Source: an uncultured Candidatus Saccharibacteria bacterium | GTDB lineage: Bacteria; Patescibacteriota; Minisyncoccia; Phycocordibacterales; Phycocordibacteraceae | Direction of reading: 5' to 3' | NCBI GenBank assembly: GCA_964473795.1 | Contig: CAYYQT010000003.1 | Location: forward strand, 1 to 57,080 | DNA length: 57,080 nt | Shown: positions 36,516-45,471 of the stretch, piece by piece | Position numbering within the stretch: position 1 is the first letter of the stretch | Layout: each line of letters starts with the position of its first letter | Program-made: the position numbers and the translations under genes | Notes under the pieces: generated by a model | What the model was told of the DNA's origin: nothing | Seen by the model: the letters and a program-made list of their open reading frames with translations, nothing else | Databases searched by the model: none

Positions 36516-39500
36516 TTATGCGCCCAAGAATTTAAAGGTACTTTCAAACTTCTTAACCATTATATCAAGGACTGATTTTGTTTGATTTGGTGTGATTATG
36601 TTTGTTGGACCGAACACCTTTATGTTTCCACTTTTATCTGTAGACACAGCTTTTATACTATAAACCGTACCAGCTTTTAGGTCAGACAAAATCATTACAT
36701 GATTTTGTGTATACAAATCTAGTAATTCAACATTGTTAGAGAAAGCTGTTGTTGTAGCTGAACCATAATCACCTTCATTGTAATACACAGCTGAATTAGC
36801 AGGCTTGTCTGTTTTCCATCTAATAACAGTCTGTATTAAACCAGCTCGTCCAGGAACTAGAGCGTTGTCTACTTTGAAGTTAGAAATTACAGGTGGTGTT
36901 ACATCAACAACCGTATTTACATTTAATGAATTATTTGCTTTTATAACTTTTCCATTTTTTTCTTGTGCTGAAACTGATATAGAGTATTTAGAACCAGATG
37001 ACAAATCTTTAACCTGCACACTATGATACAGTCTATTTGTTTCATCTGTAACAATCTTACTATCTCCAGTTTTTATATTTTTATATGTAACAACCGAACT
37101 TGTTGGTTTTTTAGTCTGCCAAACGACAGTAACACCAGTACTACTTACGTTAGATATGTGAGCAACAATCGGTTGGTTTTTTGTTTTGAAAGTCATGTCT
37201 TTTGTTTTTCCAACAACCTGTGGAAATACGTATGAGCGTGCTTGGAAATGATACAGAATACCAGAGTCAAGTCCGTTTAGTGTAATAGTGTGTATATTAC
37301 CCTCCGTATCTTTAGATGACAGCTCTGTTTTGTATGTATTATTATTCGACTTATATTCTTTATCTGTTGCGTATCTCAACAAACCTGTAGATTTAATATT
37401 TGTTTTCCACGTAATAGTTACAGAATCTTCTGTTGTTGAGCTTATTGTTGGTGTTGAAATAAACGGAGGAGAGAGTGCGGGTAATGAAGACTCTATCAAA
37501 TCTTGAAGTTTACCTTGTACATCACTTGATTTTTCAAGAAGAGTTCTGTTATCTAATAATTGAGAAATGTACTCTGTTTTAAATGTGTAGTCCTTAGAAG
37601 TTGCTGTATTACCAAGCTTATCAAAAACCAAGACTCTATAGTGATAAGTGGTTCCTTCTTGCAAGTTTGGGATAGTTATTGTTTTTGTTGTAAGCAGATT
37701 TGCATTTCCAGCTGTAACTCCATATTTTACAGTCGTTCCATATTCTACAAACGCAGTAGTTGCTCTACTCGTAACGACATCAATATCAGCACTGAATGGC
37801 AAAATCTTTTTAGTAACAACAGATTTAATAGTAGGTGGCGTTGTAAATTGTATTGTTCCAGTACCACTAGATACCGGAGATGATGATACTTTAATATTTA
37901 CCTTTCCATCTTTCAATGTTGTGAGATTTTGTTCTGTTGAAGACGCTGTGTTACCAGCAGAATCCGTAGAAAATACTTTGTAGAAATACTTTGTAGACGC
38001 TGAAAGTGTTTGTTTAACACCACTGACATCATTTGTACTGCCGCTTATTGGAGCTATATGGTACACAGTCTTTACTGGGTTAAGTATTGTTGTTCGTGTT
38101 AACGCACCGCTTATAGTTCCCCATTTAACTTGTGTTGTAGACGGCTTGTCTGTTTGCCAAACAATTATCGCTGCTGTGGACGAAATAAGAGGTATTGTTA
38201 TGTTACTTATAACTGGTGGCGTTACATCAAGTGTCGTGTGAAAACTATAATAATTACTGCCATTAGTATCAACAGATGTATTGCCTGAACTATCTGTAGA
38301 CTTTACAGAGAAGTAGTAAGTTGTTGCTGGAGTTAATGAAGTTAACTGTATTGAGTGTTGGCACACAGGACCAACACACGGCACATACGTTGAATTTCCT
38401 TTTATTGTAGAGCTTGTAAGATTCTGATTACTTGAATATTCAATAAACGAATTCGATGATGTTGATGTATTCCAAACAATAGTTGCAGTGGTGTCTGTAA
38501 TGCTTGTTTGACTAATGTTTGTAATCACTGGACCTCCAACTGTAGTAAAGTCAGCGCCAGACACATAGTTACTTGTATTTCCAGATATATCCTGCGCCTT
38601 TACTTGTATATTATATAAAGTTTTTGGCGTTAGTCCTTGTATGTATACATTATGCGAAAGTGAGTATGTTAACCCAGACACAGTGGTCCATGATGTTGTT
38701 CCTGATTTTCTATATTGAACAGTACCTTTCGCTAGTTCGTCTGTAGTAAACGTAACAATAGCCGAAGAGTTTTTTAAGCTTGATGACGGAACCTGTATAC
38801 TGCTTGAAGTTATAACAGGAGGAGTTGTGTCTGTGCCACCCTGACCATTTGGCACATCAGATAGAACGTTCGTGTACGCAGAGGTATTTCCCTGTGTTGT
38901 TACAGCTGTGATTTTGTAGTAGCGAGTACTTGTTGTGGACGTAGTTATCGTATCTGTAAAGTAGTTTAATGCCGGGTTGGTTATTGTAGTTAACAGTGAA
39001 TATGCAGTTCCGTTTGTTGATGTATAAAGTTTATACGAACTAAAGGATGCAGATGTTGTAGCTACAAACACACCCCAGTTTATGAACTCTTTGTATGAAT
39101 TTGTTGGAGGATTGGATACATCTTTAATATAAAAACTTGTAGGTGTAGCTGGAGCAACTAGTGTTTTGTTTGTTGTGTTGCCATACTTATCTTGCACCTC
39201 TATATACACAACACTGTTACCTTGAGAATCTTTTAGTAAAGAAATCGGTATATTTATGTTTGTTTTATTACCAGACAACACACTCCACGCGCACGAGTTT
39301 CCTTGTGTATCTGTTGACGGAAATGACCCACTGTTACAAGTACGGTATTTAGACTGAGAATCATCAGTAGATGAAAGTATAATTGTACCTTGCGACGTTG
39401 TTCCTGTTGAGGCATCTAATGTTGCAGTTATTATTGGTTTTTTTGTATCTAAAACAAACGTAGCAGAGGCAACTTTTGTTATGTTATTAGCACCTTCGTT

Positions 39501-41771
39501 ATCATTTGCAACAACTCGTACTTGCATTGTAGATGCAAAAATACCAGGAACAGTCGATGTTGCAAACCATGTTGTTTGATAAGTTTTATATATAGTATTA
39601 TCAACAGCTTTGTTTGTTGTTCCTCCAGCAGCAAGGGCACTAGACGGAATCGAAAACCAACCACTACCAGTATTATATTCAAATGACGGTGTTATGTATC
39701 CAGGAGTAACAGACCCTGTTGTACTATCTGGATCTCTAACTTTATACGAAATAAGTACATTTCCATATGTAGCACTAGAACTCGTCGCGTCTTGAGAAAT
39801 AACCACACCATTTGTACCATATGTTGAGTCAAATTGTGGTGGTGCATTTACAACATATTGAACAGTCGCGCTTGTTAGAACAGGTGTTGATGCTCCGTTT
39901 GAAGATGCTAGAAATACTTTATATTGCAGAAACTCATCATTAGCTCCAGAACGAAGTGGATGGTTCGAAGGAAGAATTACCCCACCACTACTATCGGTAA
40001 AATATGACGTGCCGTCACAAGTACTGCTAGTACCACACCACGGAGCGCTTGCTACTGCTGCACTTGTAGATGCAGAACGTATTTGAAACTTTACTGTATT
40101 AACAGTTGATGTTCCAGTAGCAGACCAAAACATGTTTGTAACTAAGTTTGTTGCATCTCCAGAATCATATATAGAAGAGGTTAATGTGCCTGAGCCATAC
40201 TGTTTATACCCTATCGTTACTGAGTTTAAAGATGGTGTGAAAGATTGGTCTGTTGTAGAAAGATTTGTACGATACTGTACATATTGTTTTGTACCAAGGG
40301 CGTTTATACTGCCACCACTTGCTATGTTTGTACTCCATACTGTCCACGAACTATCTGGAGTTGGTGTGTTTCCTGCTCTTATGTCCATAGTTATCGTTGT
40401 GCTAGCAGATGTTGTTTTTGCATATGAAAGTGTTGCTAATACTGATGGTATATTTAGTTTAATTACAGATGACGTAAACGTACCTGAAGTAGCGTATACT
40501 ATTTTTTCTAACGCTATTTTAGTAGCAACACCAGAACCAGAAGTCCATATTGATTTTGTTGATGGGTCAAATGTAATTCCAAATGGATTACTAACAGTGT
40601 ATACCCCTAAACTCACACCAGTTGAGGCGCTCAATTTTCTTATTGTGTTACCAGTAACATTTGCAACCCATATAGAATTATCTAATTTATTAAACGTAAC
40701 ACTTGCTGGATTTGTACCACTGCTGTATGTACCAACTATAGCGCCATTTGATGCGTCTAGTTTTGAAACTGTATTACTTTGATAGTTTGCGACCCATATA
40801 GAGTCAGTAGACGGATCAAGCGTCATACCGTAAGGCTCAGTCCCAACTGTGTAAGTACCTACTTTAGATCCGGTCGTTGCGTTCATTTTTGTAACTGTAC
40901 TATTTGAATAATTAGCAGTCCATATAGAGTTCGTCACAGGGTCAAACGCTATACCTATAGATGGATAACTTTGAGTATAAGTAGCTATTATCGCACCTGT
41001 TGCGGCGTTTAATTTTGTAACATTAGTACCAGATGTCCATATAGAATTTGTTGACGAGTCAAATGTTGCATCCCACGGATTACCACCAACTGTATAAGTA
41101 CCAACTATTGCACCTGTTGACGCGTTTAGTTTTGTTATTGTCCCATTTGTATAATTTGTAGTCCATACAGAGTTTGTTGATGGGTCAAATGTAGCACCTT
41201 CTTGATCACCGTTTGCGCCAGAGTTATATACACCAACTACAGCGCCTGTTGATGCGTTTATTTTTGTAACCGAAGAATCATAGGCTGATGACGACGGAAC
41301 CCATATAGAATTTGTTGAGGAATCAAATACTATTCCTAAACGCGCACTTGTTGCTGCGTAACTCCCAACAACATTAGGAGATGCTATTGATGTGGTCGCA
41401 AGTATAACACTGGCAGATGTACCGACACCAGAAACTACGGTACTTACATTTGCACCGTTTGAAAATCCACCACCAAAAGCTGTATATGCCGTTGTACTAG
41501 TCGCGCCATCGTCAATAAATATCTTTGGGGCTGTTAGTGTTAACTGCACAGAACTCCCAGTAACTAAATCTGTGCTTGTTGAAAACTTAGTCCAGTTAGA
41601 CTGGTTAGCTGGGTGTGATGCTACAGATACAGTGTCTACACCTCCAATCCATGATGACTGAACAAAGTTATATGTTGCAGCATATACAGATAAATTATAT
41701 GAAAATACACCTACAAGAATGACAGCTGTAGTAACCAACAAAAACGCGATACTAAATCGCTTTTTTTTCAT
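36516..41771 (-). CDS. Giant secreted/anchored surface protein: 7-bladed YVTN/NHL-like beta-propeller plus an array of ~8 FN3-like domains
   Basis: ORF 36516..41804, with the preferred ATG at 41771 (MKKKRFSIAFLLVTTAVILVG, a signal/anchor). Seven ~40-aa blades of pattern FDxSTNSIW..N...VTKLNAxTGAxVGTY span ORF aa ~145-430. From aa ~885 to the end, repeated ~95-aa modules follow the pattern PPVIS..V....TA.I.W.T...S.S.V.Y......Y........H.v.L..L...T.Y.Y.v.S.D..GN. Confidence 0.8.
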   Translation of the reverse strand: MKKKRFSIAFLLVTTAVILVGVFSYNLSVYAATYNFVQSSWIGGVDTVSVASHPANQSNWTKFSTSTDLVTGSSVQLTLTAPKIFIDDGATSTTAYTAFGGGFSNGANVSTVVSGVGTSASVILATTSIASPNVVGSYAATSARLGIVFDSSTNSIWVPSSSAYDSSVTKINASTGAVVGVYNSGANGDQEGATFDPSTNSVWTTNYTNGTITKLNASTGAIVGTYTVGGNPWDATFDSSTNSIWTSGTNVTKLNAATGAIIATYTQSYPSIGIAFDPVTNSIWTANYSNSTVTKMNATTGSKVGTYTVGTEPYGMTLDPSTDSIWVANYQSNTVSKLDASNGAIVGTYSSGTNPASVTFNKLDNSIWVANVTGNTIRKLSASTGVSLGVYTVSNPFGITFDPSTKSIWTSGSGVATKIALEKIVYATSGTFTSSVIKLNIPSVLATLSYAKTTSASTTITMDIRAGNTPTPDSSWTVWSTNIASGGSINALGTKQYVQYRTNLSTTDQSFTPSLNSVTIGYKQYGSGTLTSSIYDSGDATNLVTNMFWSATGTSTVNTVKFQIRSASTSAAVASAPWCGTSSTCDGTSYFTDSSGGVILPSNHPLRSGANDEFLQYKVFLASSNGASTPVLTSATVQYVVNAPPQFDSTYGTNGVVISQDATSSSATYGNVLISYKVRDPDSTTGSVTPGYITPSFEYNTGSGWFSIPSSALAAGGTTNKAVDNTIYKTYQTTWFATSTVPGIFASTMQVRVVANDNEGANNITKVASATFVLDTKKPIITATLDASTGTTSQGTIILSSTDDSQSKYRTCNSGSFPSTDTQGNSCAWSVLSGNKTNINIPISLLKDSQGNSVVYIEVQDKYGNTTNKTLVAPATPTSFYIKDVSNPPTNSYKEFINWGVFVATTSASFSSYKLYTSTNGTAYSLLTTITNPALNYFTDTITTSTTSTRYYKITAVTTQGNTSAYTNVLSDVPNGQGGTDTTPPVITSSSIQVPSSSLKNSSAIVTFTTDELAKGTVQYRKSGTTSWTTVSGLTYSLSHNVYIQGLTPKTLYNIQVKAQDISGNTSNYVSGADFTTVGGPVITNISQTSITDTTATIVWNTSTSSNSFIEYSSNQNLTSSTIKGNSTYVPCVGPVCQHSIQLTSLTPATTYYFSVKSTDSSGNTSVDTNGSNYYSFHTTLDVTPPVISNITIPLISSTAAIIVWQTDKPSTTQVKWGTISGALTRTTILNPVKTVYHIAPISGSTNDVSGVKQTLSASTKYFYKVFSTDSAGNTASSTEQNLTTLKDGKVNIKVSSSPVSSGTGTIQFTTPPTIKSVVTKKILPFSADIDVVTSRATTAFVEYGTTVKYGVTAGNANLLTTKTITIPNLQEGTTYHYRVLVFDKLGNTATSKDYTFKTEYISQLLDNRTLLEKSSDVQGKLQDLIESSLPALSPPFISTPTISSTTEDSVTITWKTNIKSTGLLRYATDKEYKSNNNTYKTELSSKDTEGNIHTITLNGLDSGILYHFQARSYVFPQVVGKTKDMTFKTKNQPIVAHISNVSSTGVTVVWQTKKPTSSVVTYKNIKTGDSKIVTDETNRLYHSVQVKDLSSGSKYSISVSAQEKNGKVIKANNSLNVNTVVDVTPPVISNFKVDNALVPGRAGLIQTVIRWKTDKPANSAVYYNEGDYGSATTTAFSNNVELLDLYTQNHVMILSDLKAGTVYSIKAVSTDKSGNIKVFGPTNIITPNQTKSVLDIMVKKFESTFKFLGA

Positions 41772-41890
41772 TTTGATTGTTTCGGATATACTGTTCCAAA
41801 GCATACTTATCTAAAATCAAACATAACTTTAATAATACACTATTATCAACATATACTTTTAACGTTTTCCACCATGTTATAGTTTTTAAC

Positions 41891-43219
41891 ATGGACACAC
41901 CGTTGATTAAAGTGCAGAACCTTGAGTTCTACTACGACTACAAGCTTCCAACAGAAATGCACGCACTAAAAGACATAAACCTAGAGGTCGCTCGTGGTGA
42001 ATATGTTGTATTTTTTGGACCTTCTGGATGTGGTAAAACAACACTTGTGTATATCATTGGTGGAATTACAACCGGTGTAAACGGTACTGGCAAGGTGATA
42101 GTAAATGAATCTGACATTATCAATTCATCGAACGAAGACCTTGCTATCTTCAGACAAACTGGAATAGGTATAATTTTTCAAAATTTTAATCTCATTCAAT
42201 CTCTAACCGTTCTTGATAATGTAGCACTACCTATGACTTTTATAGGCATCTCAAAAGAAGAACGAGCAAATAACTCATTTGAGCTACTCAAACGTCTTGG
42301 TATGGAAAAATATGCAGACCGATACCCTTCTGAATTATCTGGAGGTCAACAACAGCGTGTTGGTATAGCACGTGCGCTCGCAAACAACCCTCCTATAATT
42401 ATTGCTGACGAGCCACTTGGAAACCTAGACTCAGAAAATGCTGAGCTTGTTTTGAATTTTCTAAAAGAACTTCAAGAAAAAGACGGAAGGACTGTAATAA
42501 TGGTTACACACGAAGCATGGAGTGTACGAGATGCACAAAAAATAGTTTACCTAAAAGATGGTGCTGTAATAAAAACAACTGGTGCCATCAAAAGAACAGA
42601 CGCGAGTTCTATTTCATCAGATGTATATGGTGAAATGTACCAAAACAAAACAACTGATGAAATAACATCAAAAACACTATCAAATTTACTACTTCGAGGT
42701 TTCTCGTCAAAAGAGATAGAACGCCTCGAGTCATTCTTGTCGGACAGATTAACAAACAAAATAGATGCTGAAACTTTCAGAAAAAATATAGACCTTCCTT
42801 TTCATTCTGGAGGTGTTGGCCTTTGGAAACAAAGAGCAGAGAAAATATCTAAACTTATAGAAGATATGATTTCAGAAAGAACAAAACTACACACTATATA
42901 TGAGGAGTTAGAAAAGAATCATTCAACACCTGTAACTGAAGAAGTTGAATCTCTTCAATTATTTGCACTATCTGAATATTCAGGACATGTAAAACCAATA
43001 CAACGATTACGTCTACAAAGAACACTTACAGACAGACTTCGAGGAACAATATCTGCAAAAACTTTTAAAGACACATTAGGACTTTCTCGTTCAAAAGGTG
43101 GTATTGGTTTTTCAATTAGAACTACTCAACATATATCTGACAAAATAGAAACCGTGCTGTCTCTTGGGCACACACAAAACATTGATGATATTGCAGCAAA
43201 CATATCTTCAATTACTTAA
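41891..43219 (+). CDS. MacB/LolD/FtsE-type ABC transporter ATPase with ~210-aa duplicated C-terminal extension
   Basis: ORF 41777..43219, with the ATG at 41891 (MDTPLIKVQNLEF..). Walker A GPSGCGKT, signature LSGGQQQRVGIARAL, Walker B IIIADEPLGNLD and H-loop VTHE. This is followed by two ~60-aa repeats. Confidence 0.85.
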   Translation: MDTPLIKVQNLEFYYDYKLPTEMHALKDINLEVARGEYVVFFGPSGCGKTTLVYIIGGITTGVNGTGKVIVNESDIINSSNEDLAIFRQTGIGIIFQNFNLIQSLTVLDNVALPMTFIGISKEERANNSFELLKRLGMEKYADRYPSELSGGQQQRVGIARALANNPPIIIADEPLGNLDSENAELVLNFLKELQEKDGRTVIMVTHEAWSVRDAQKIVYLKDGAVIKTTGAIKRTDASSISSDVYGEMYQNKTTDEITSKTLSNLLLRGFSSKEIERLESFLSDRLTNKIDAETFRKNIDLPFHSGGVGLWKQRAEKISKLIEDMISERTKLHTIYEELEKNHSTPVTEEVESLQLFALSEYSGHVKPIQRLRLQRTLTDRLRGTISAKTFKDTLGLSRSKGGIGFSIRTTQHISDKIETVLSLGHTQNIDDIAANISSIT

Positions 43220-43225
43220 TTTATT

Positions 43226-44437
43226 ATGAACACAAAACACAAGATGTTATTTATAGACCTTATACGATTATCTTTTCGTATTTTTAAAACAAAACCATCA
43301 AGAACAGCTCTAACAATACTTGGAATGTCTATAGGTATTAGTGCTGTTGTTTTTCTTGTATCCCTTGGGTACGGACTTCAGTACACACTCATCGGTAAGC
43401 TCGTAACAACAAAAGATTCTTTAATAACAATCTCAGCTTCTTATCCAAACAAAAGTGGACTAAGTATAAGTACGTCGACAATATCAAAAATAAAAACACT
43501 TCCAAACAGTACAGAAATTAGTGGCGTTGCAAATCTTACTGGAGTTCTTACCGTTAATAGTTCCTCAGGATTAATACCAGATATACGAATAGCAAAACCA
43601 AACATGTTTCGATTATCTGGAATAAGTCCAGACATAGGGTCTGCTTTCACAAAAAAGAAAAAAGGTATTGTACTTTCTGAACAAGCATTAAGATTAGTCG
43701 GTATAAAATCAAGCAAAAGCGTACTAGGTAAAAAAGTATATGTAAACTTATATTTTCCAAATCCAGACGGTACAATGCACACAGTTGAAATTCCTACACC
43801 ATTACCAATTATAGGAATAATATCTAACAAACAAGAACCTCCAATTGCAATAATACCTGCATCTAGCGTACCCGTAGAAATTGCCTCATATAAAAAGATT
43901 TTTGTAAAAGCAAAAAATGCAAAAACTTTAGTAACCCTACGAAACACACTAACAAAAAAAGGGTTTGTTATTTCTGCAAATATAGACTTTGTAACTCAAG
44001 CTGAAAAGATTACAAACGTCATAACAATAATACTCTCTGTATTTGGTATTACCGCACTTGTTGTGTCGGCAATAGGTATGTTCAACACTATGTTAATAGG
44101 ATTTATAGAACGTACATACGAGGTTGGTGTAATGAAATCAATAGGAGCAACAGATGCGAATGTACGAAATCTATTTTTGATGGAGTCTGCAGTTATAGGA
44201 ACACTAGGTGGTATTGGGGGTATTCTCATAGGGTTAGGTTTAGGTAAATTAACAGACGCTGTACTTAGTTTTATATCAACACAGGTCGGAGGTGCTCCTC
44301 TTCAAATTTTTATGCTTCCATTATGGTTTGGAATAGTTGTGTTTGTGTTATCAATAGCAATAGGAATTATTGCTGGCTTACTGCCAGCGTTACGAGCTGC
44401 AAAACTTTCACCAAGAGAAGCGTTTACTAGAAAGTAA
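43226..44437 (+). CDS. MacB-type ABC transporter permease (FtsX domain with large extracytoplasmic domain)
   Basis: 403 aa. One N-terminal TM helix, a ~230-aa external domain and three C-terminal TM helices, with ..MKSIGATDANVRNLFLMESAVIGTLGG.. (FtsX-like). Confidence 0.85.
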   Translation: MNTKHKMLFIDLIRLSFRIFKTKPSRTALTILGMSIGISAVVFLVSLGYGLQYTLIGKLVTTKDSLITISASYPNKSGLSISTSTISKIKTLPNSTEISGVANLTGVLTVNSSSGLIPDIRIAKPNMFRLSGISPDIGSAFTKKKKGIVLSEQALRLVGIKSSKSVLGKKVYVNLYFPNPDGTMHTVEIPTPLPIIGIISNKQEPPIAIIPASSVPVEIASYKKIFVKAKNAKTLVTLRNTLTKKGFVISANIDFVTQAEKITNVITIILSVFGITALVVSAIGMFNTMLIGFIERTYEVGVMKSIGATDANVRNLFLMESAVIGTLGGIGGILIGLGLGKLTDAVLSFISTQVGGAPLQIFMLPLWFGIVVFVLSIAIGIIAGLLPALRAAKLSPREAFTRK

Positions 44438-44438
44438 A

Positions 44439-45401
44439 CTAGTTACGTGCAAGTGTTACGACGTGCTCAAGAAACTCTGACATTGACACTCCAACAGAAC
44501 TAAGTGACTCAGGAAGTAACGAGCTACTAGACAATCCTGGGAGACTGTTCGTTTCGATGTAGTAAATGCCGTTTTGAGAAACTATAAAATCACTACGTGA
44601 ATAATGTCTTAGATTAAGTGCTTTGTGCATTTCACGAGCGTATTGCGTTAACTCACCAGAGACTTCACTAGGTAAGTGAGCTGGGCAGGTTTTTTGTGCT
44701 AAATTATCTCGTTTTATTTCATAAGAAAAATGGTCTTCTTTTTCTGGAGTTGTTATTTCTATTACTGGAGCTGCGTACAACCTCTCTCCACGCAAACCAT
44801 CTACAACACTAACAGAGACCTCTCTACCTCGAACAAACTCTTCAACAAAAACACCTTTTGCGCCGCTTGCGATAAGCGATACAACTGAATTATATACTGG
44901 CACATAGCCACCAACGACAGACACTCCAATTGACGAACCACCAAATACTGGTTTTACAATTACAGGCTGCATATATGTACGCACAATTTCACATACTTTT
45001 TCTTCCACATCATCTTCTGCTTCAATTAGTGTGTATTTTGGAGTATTTATACCTAAAGAAATAGCTTTATCTTTTGAGAAAATCTTATGCATTGAAATAA
45101 ATGATGCAAACGAATCAGACCCAACAAACGGCACGCCGTGCATCTCAAATAGTTTCTGTACTTCACCATCTTCCCCATACTCTCCATGAAGACAATTATA
45201 TACAACATCGACCTGTCTAAGTATCTTAAATGGTTCTATTGGTTTACCAGACACATGCCAAATACCGTCTTTATCAATAAAAATATCTACTGTTAAATAT
45301 TTTTCATTAGATAGATTTTCAAGCACTGTATTGCCAGTAGCAAGTGATGAGTCATATTCATTTGACCTACCTCCTCTAATTACTCCAACAACTGTTTTCA
45401 T
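44439..45401 (-). CDS. ddl: D-alanine--D-alanine ligase
   Basis: ORF 44439..45452, with the ATG at 45401 (MKTVVGVIRGGRSNEYDSSL..). ATP-grasp blocks ..LHGEYGEDGEVQ.., ..VIVKPVFGGSSIGV.. and ..YIETNSLPGL... Confidence 0.9.
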   Translation of the reverse strand: MKTVVGVIRGGRSNEYDSSLATGNTVLENLSNEKYLTVDIFIDKDGIWHVSGKPIEPFKILRQVDVVYNCLHGEYGEDGEVQKLFEMHGVPFVGSDSFASFISMHKIFSKDKAISLGINTPKYTLIEAEDDVEEKVCEIVRTYMQPVIVKPVFGGSSIGVSVVGGYVPVYNSVVSLIASGAKGVFVEEFVRGREVSVSVVDGLRGERLYAAPVIEITTPEKEDHFSYEIKRDNLAQKTCPAHLPSEVSGELTQYAREMHKALNLRHYSRSDFIVSQNGIYYIETNSLPGLSSSSLLPESLSSVGVSMSEFLEHVVTLARN

Positions 45402-45471
45402 ACTACACATTATACAGAAGTTACGCGTATGTTTGTTAAAACACACGTGCAAAACTATTGAAATAGTACAA

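Noticed and set aside
36516-41804. Diversity-generating retroelement target, or CRISPR-like repeats within the giant gene
   Set aside because: The internal repeats are in-frame protein-domain repeats (~120 nt and ~285 nt periods) with substantial divergence. No reverse transcriptase, template/variable repeat pair with A-specific mismatches, or spacer-like unique inserts are present in the window.
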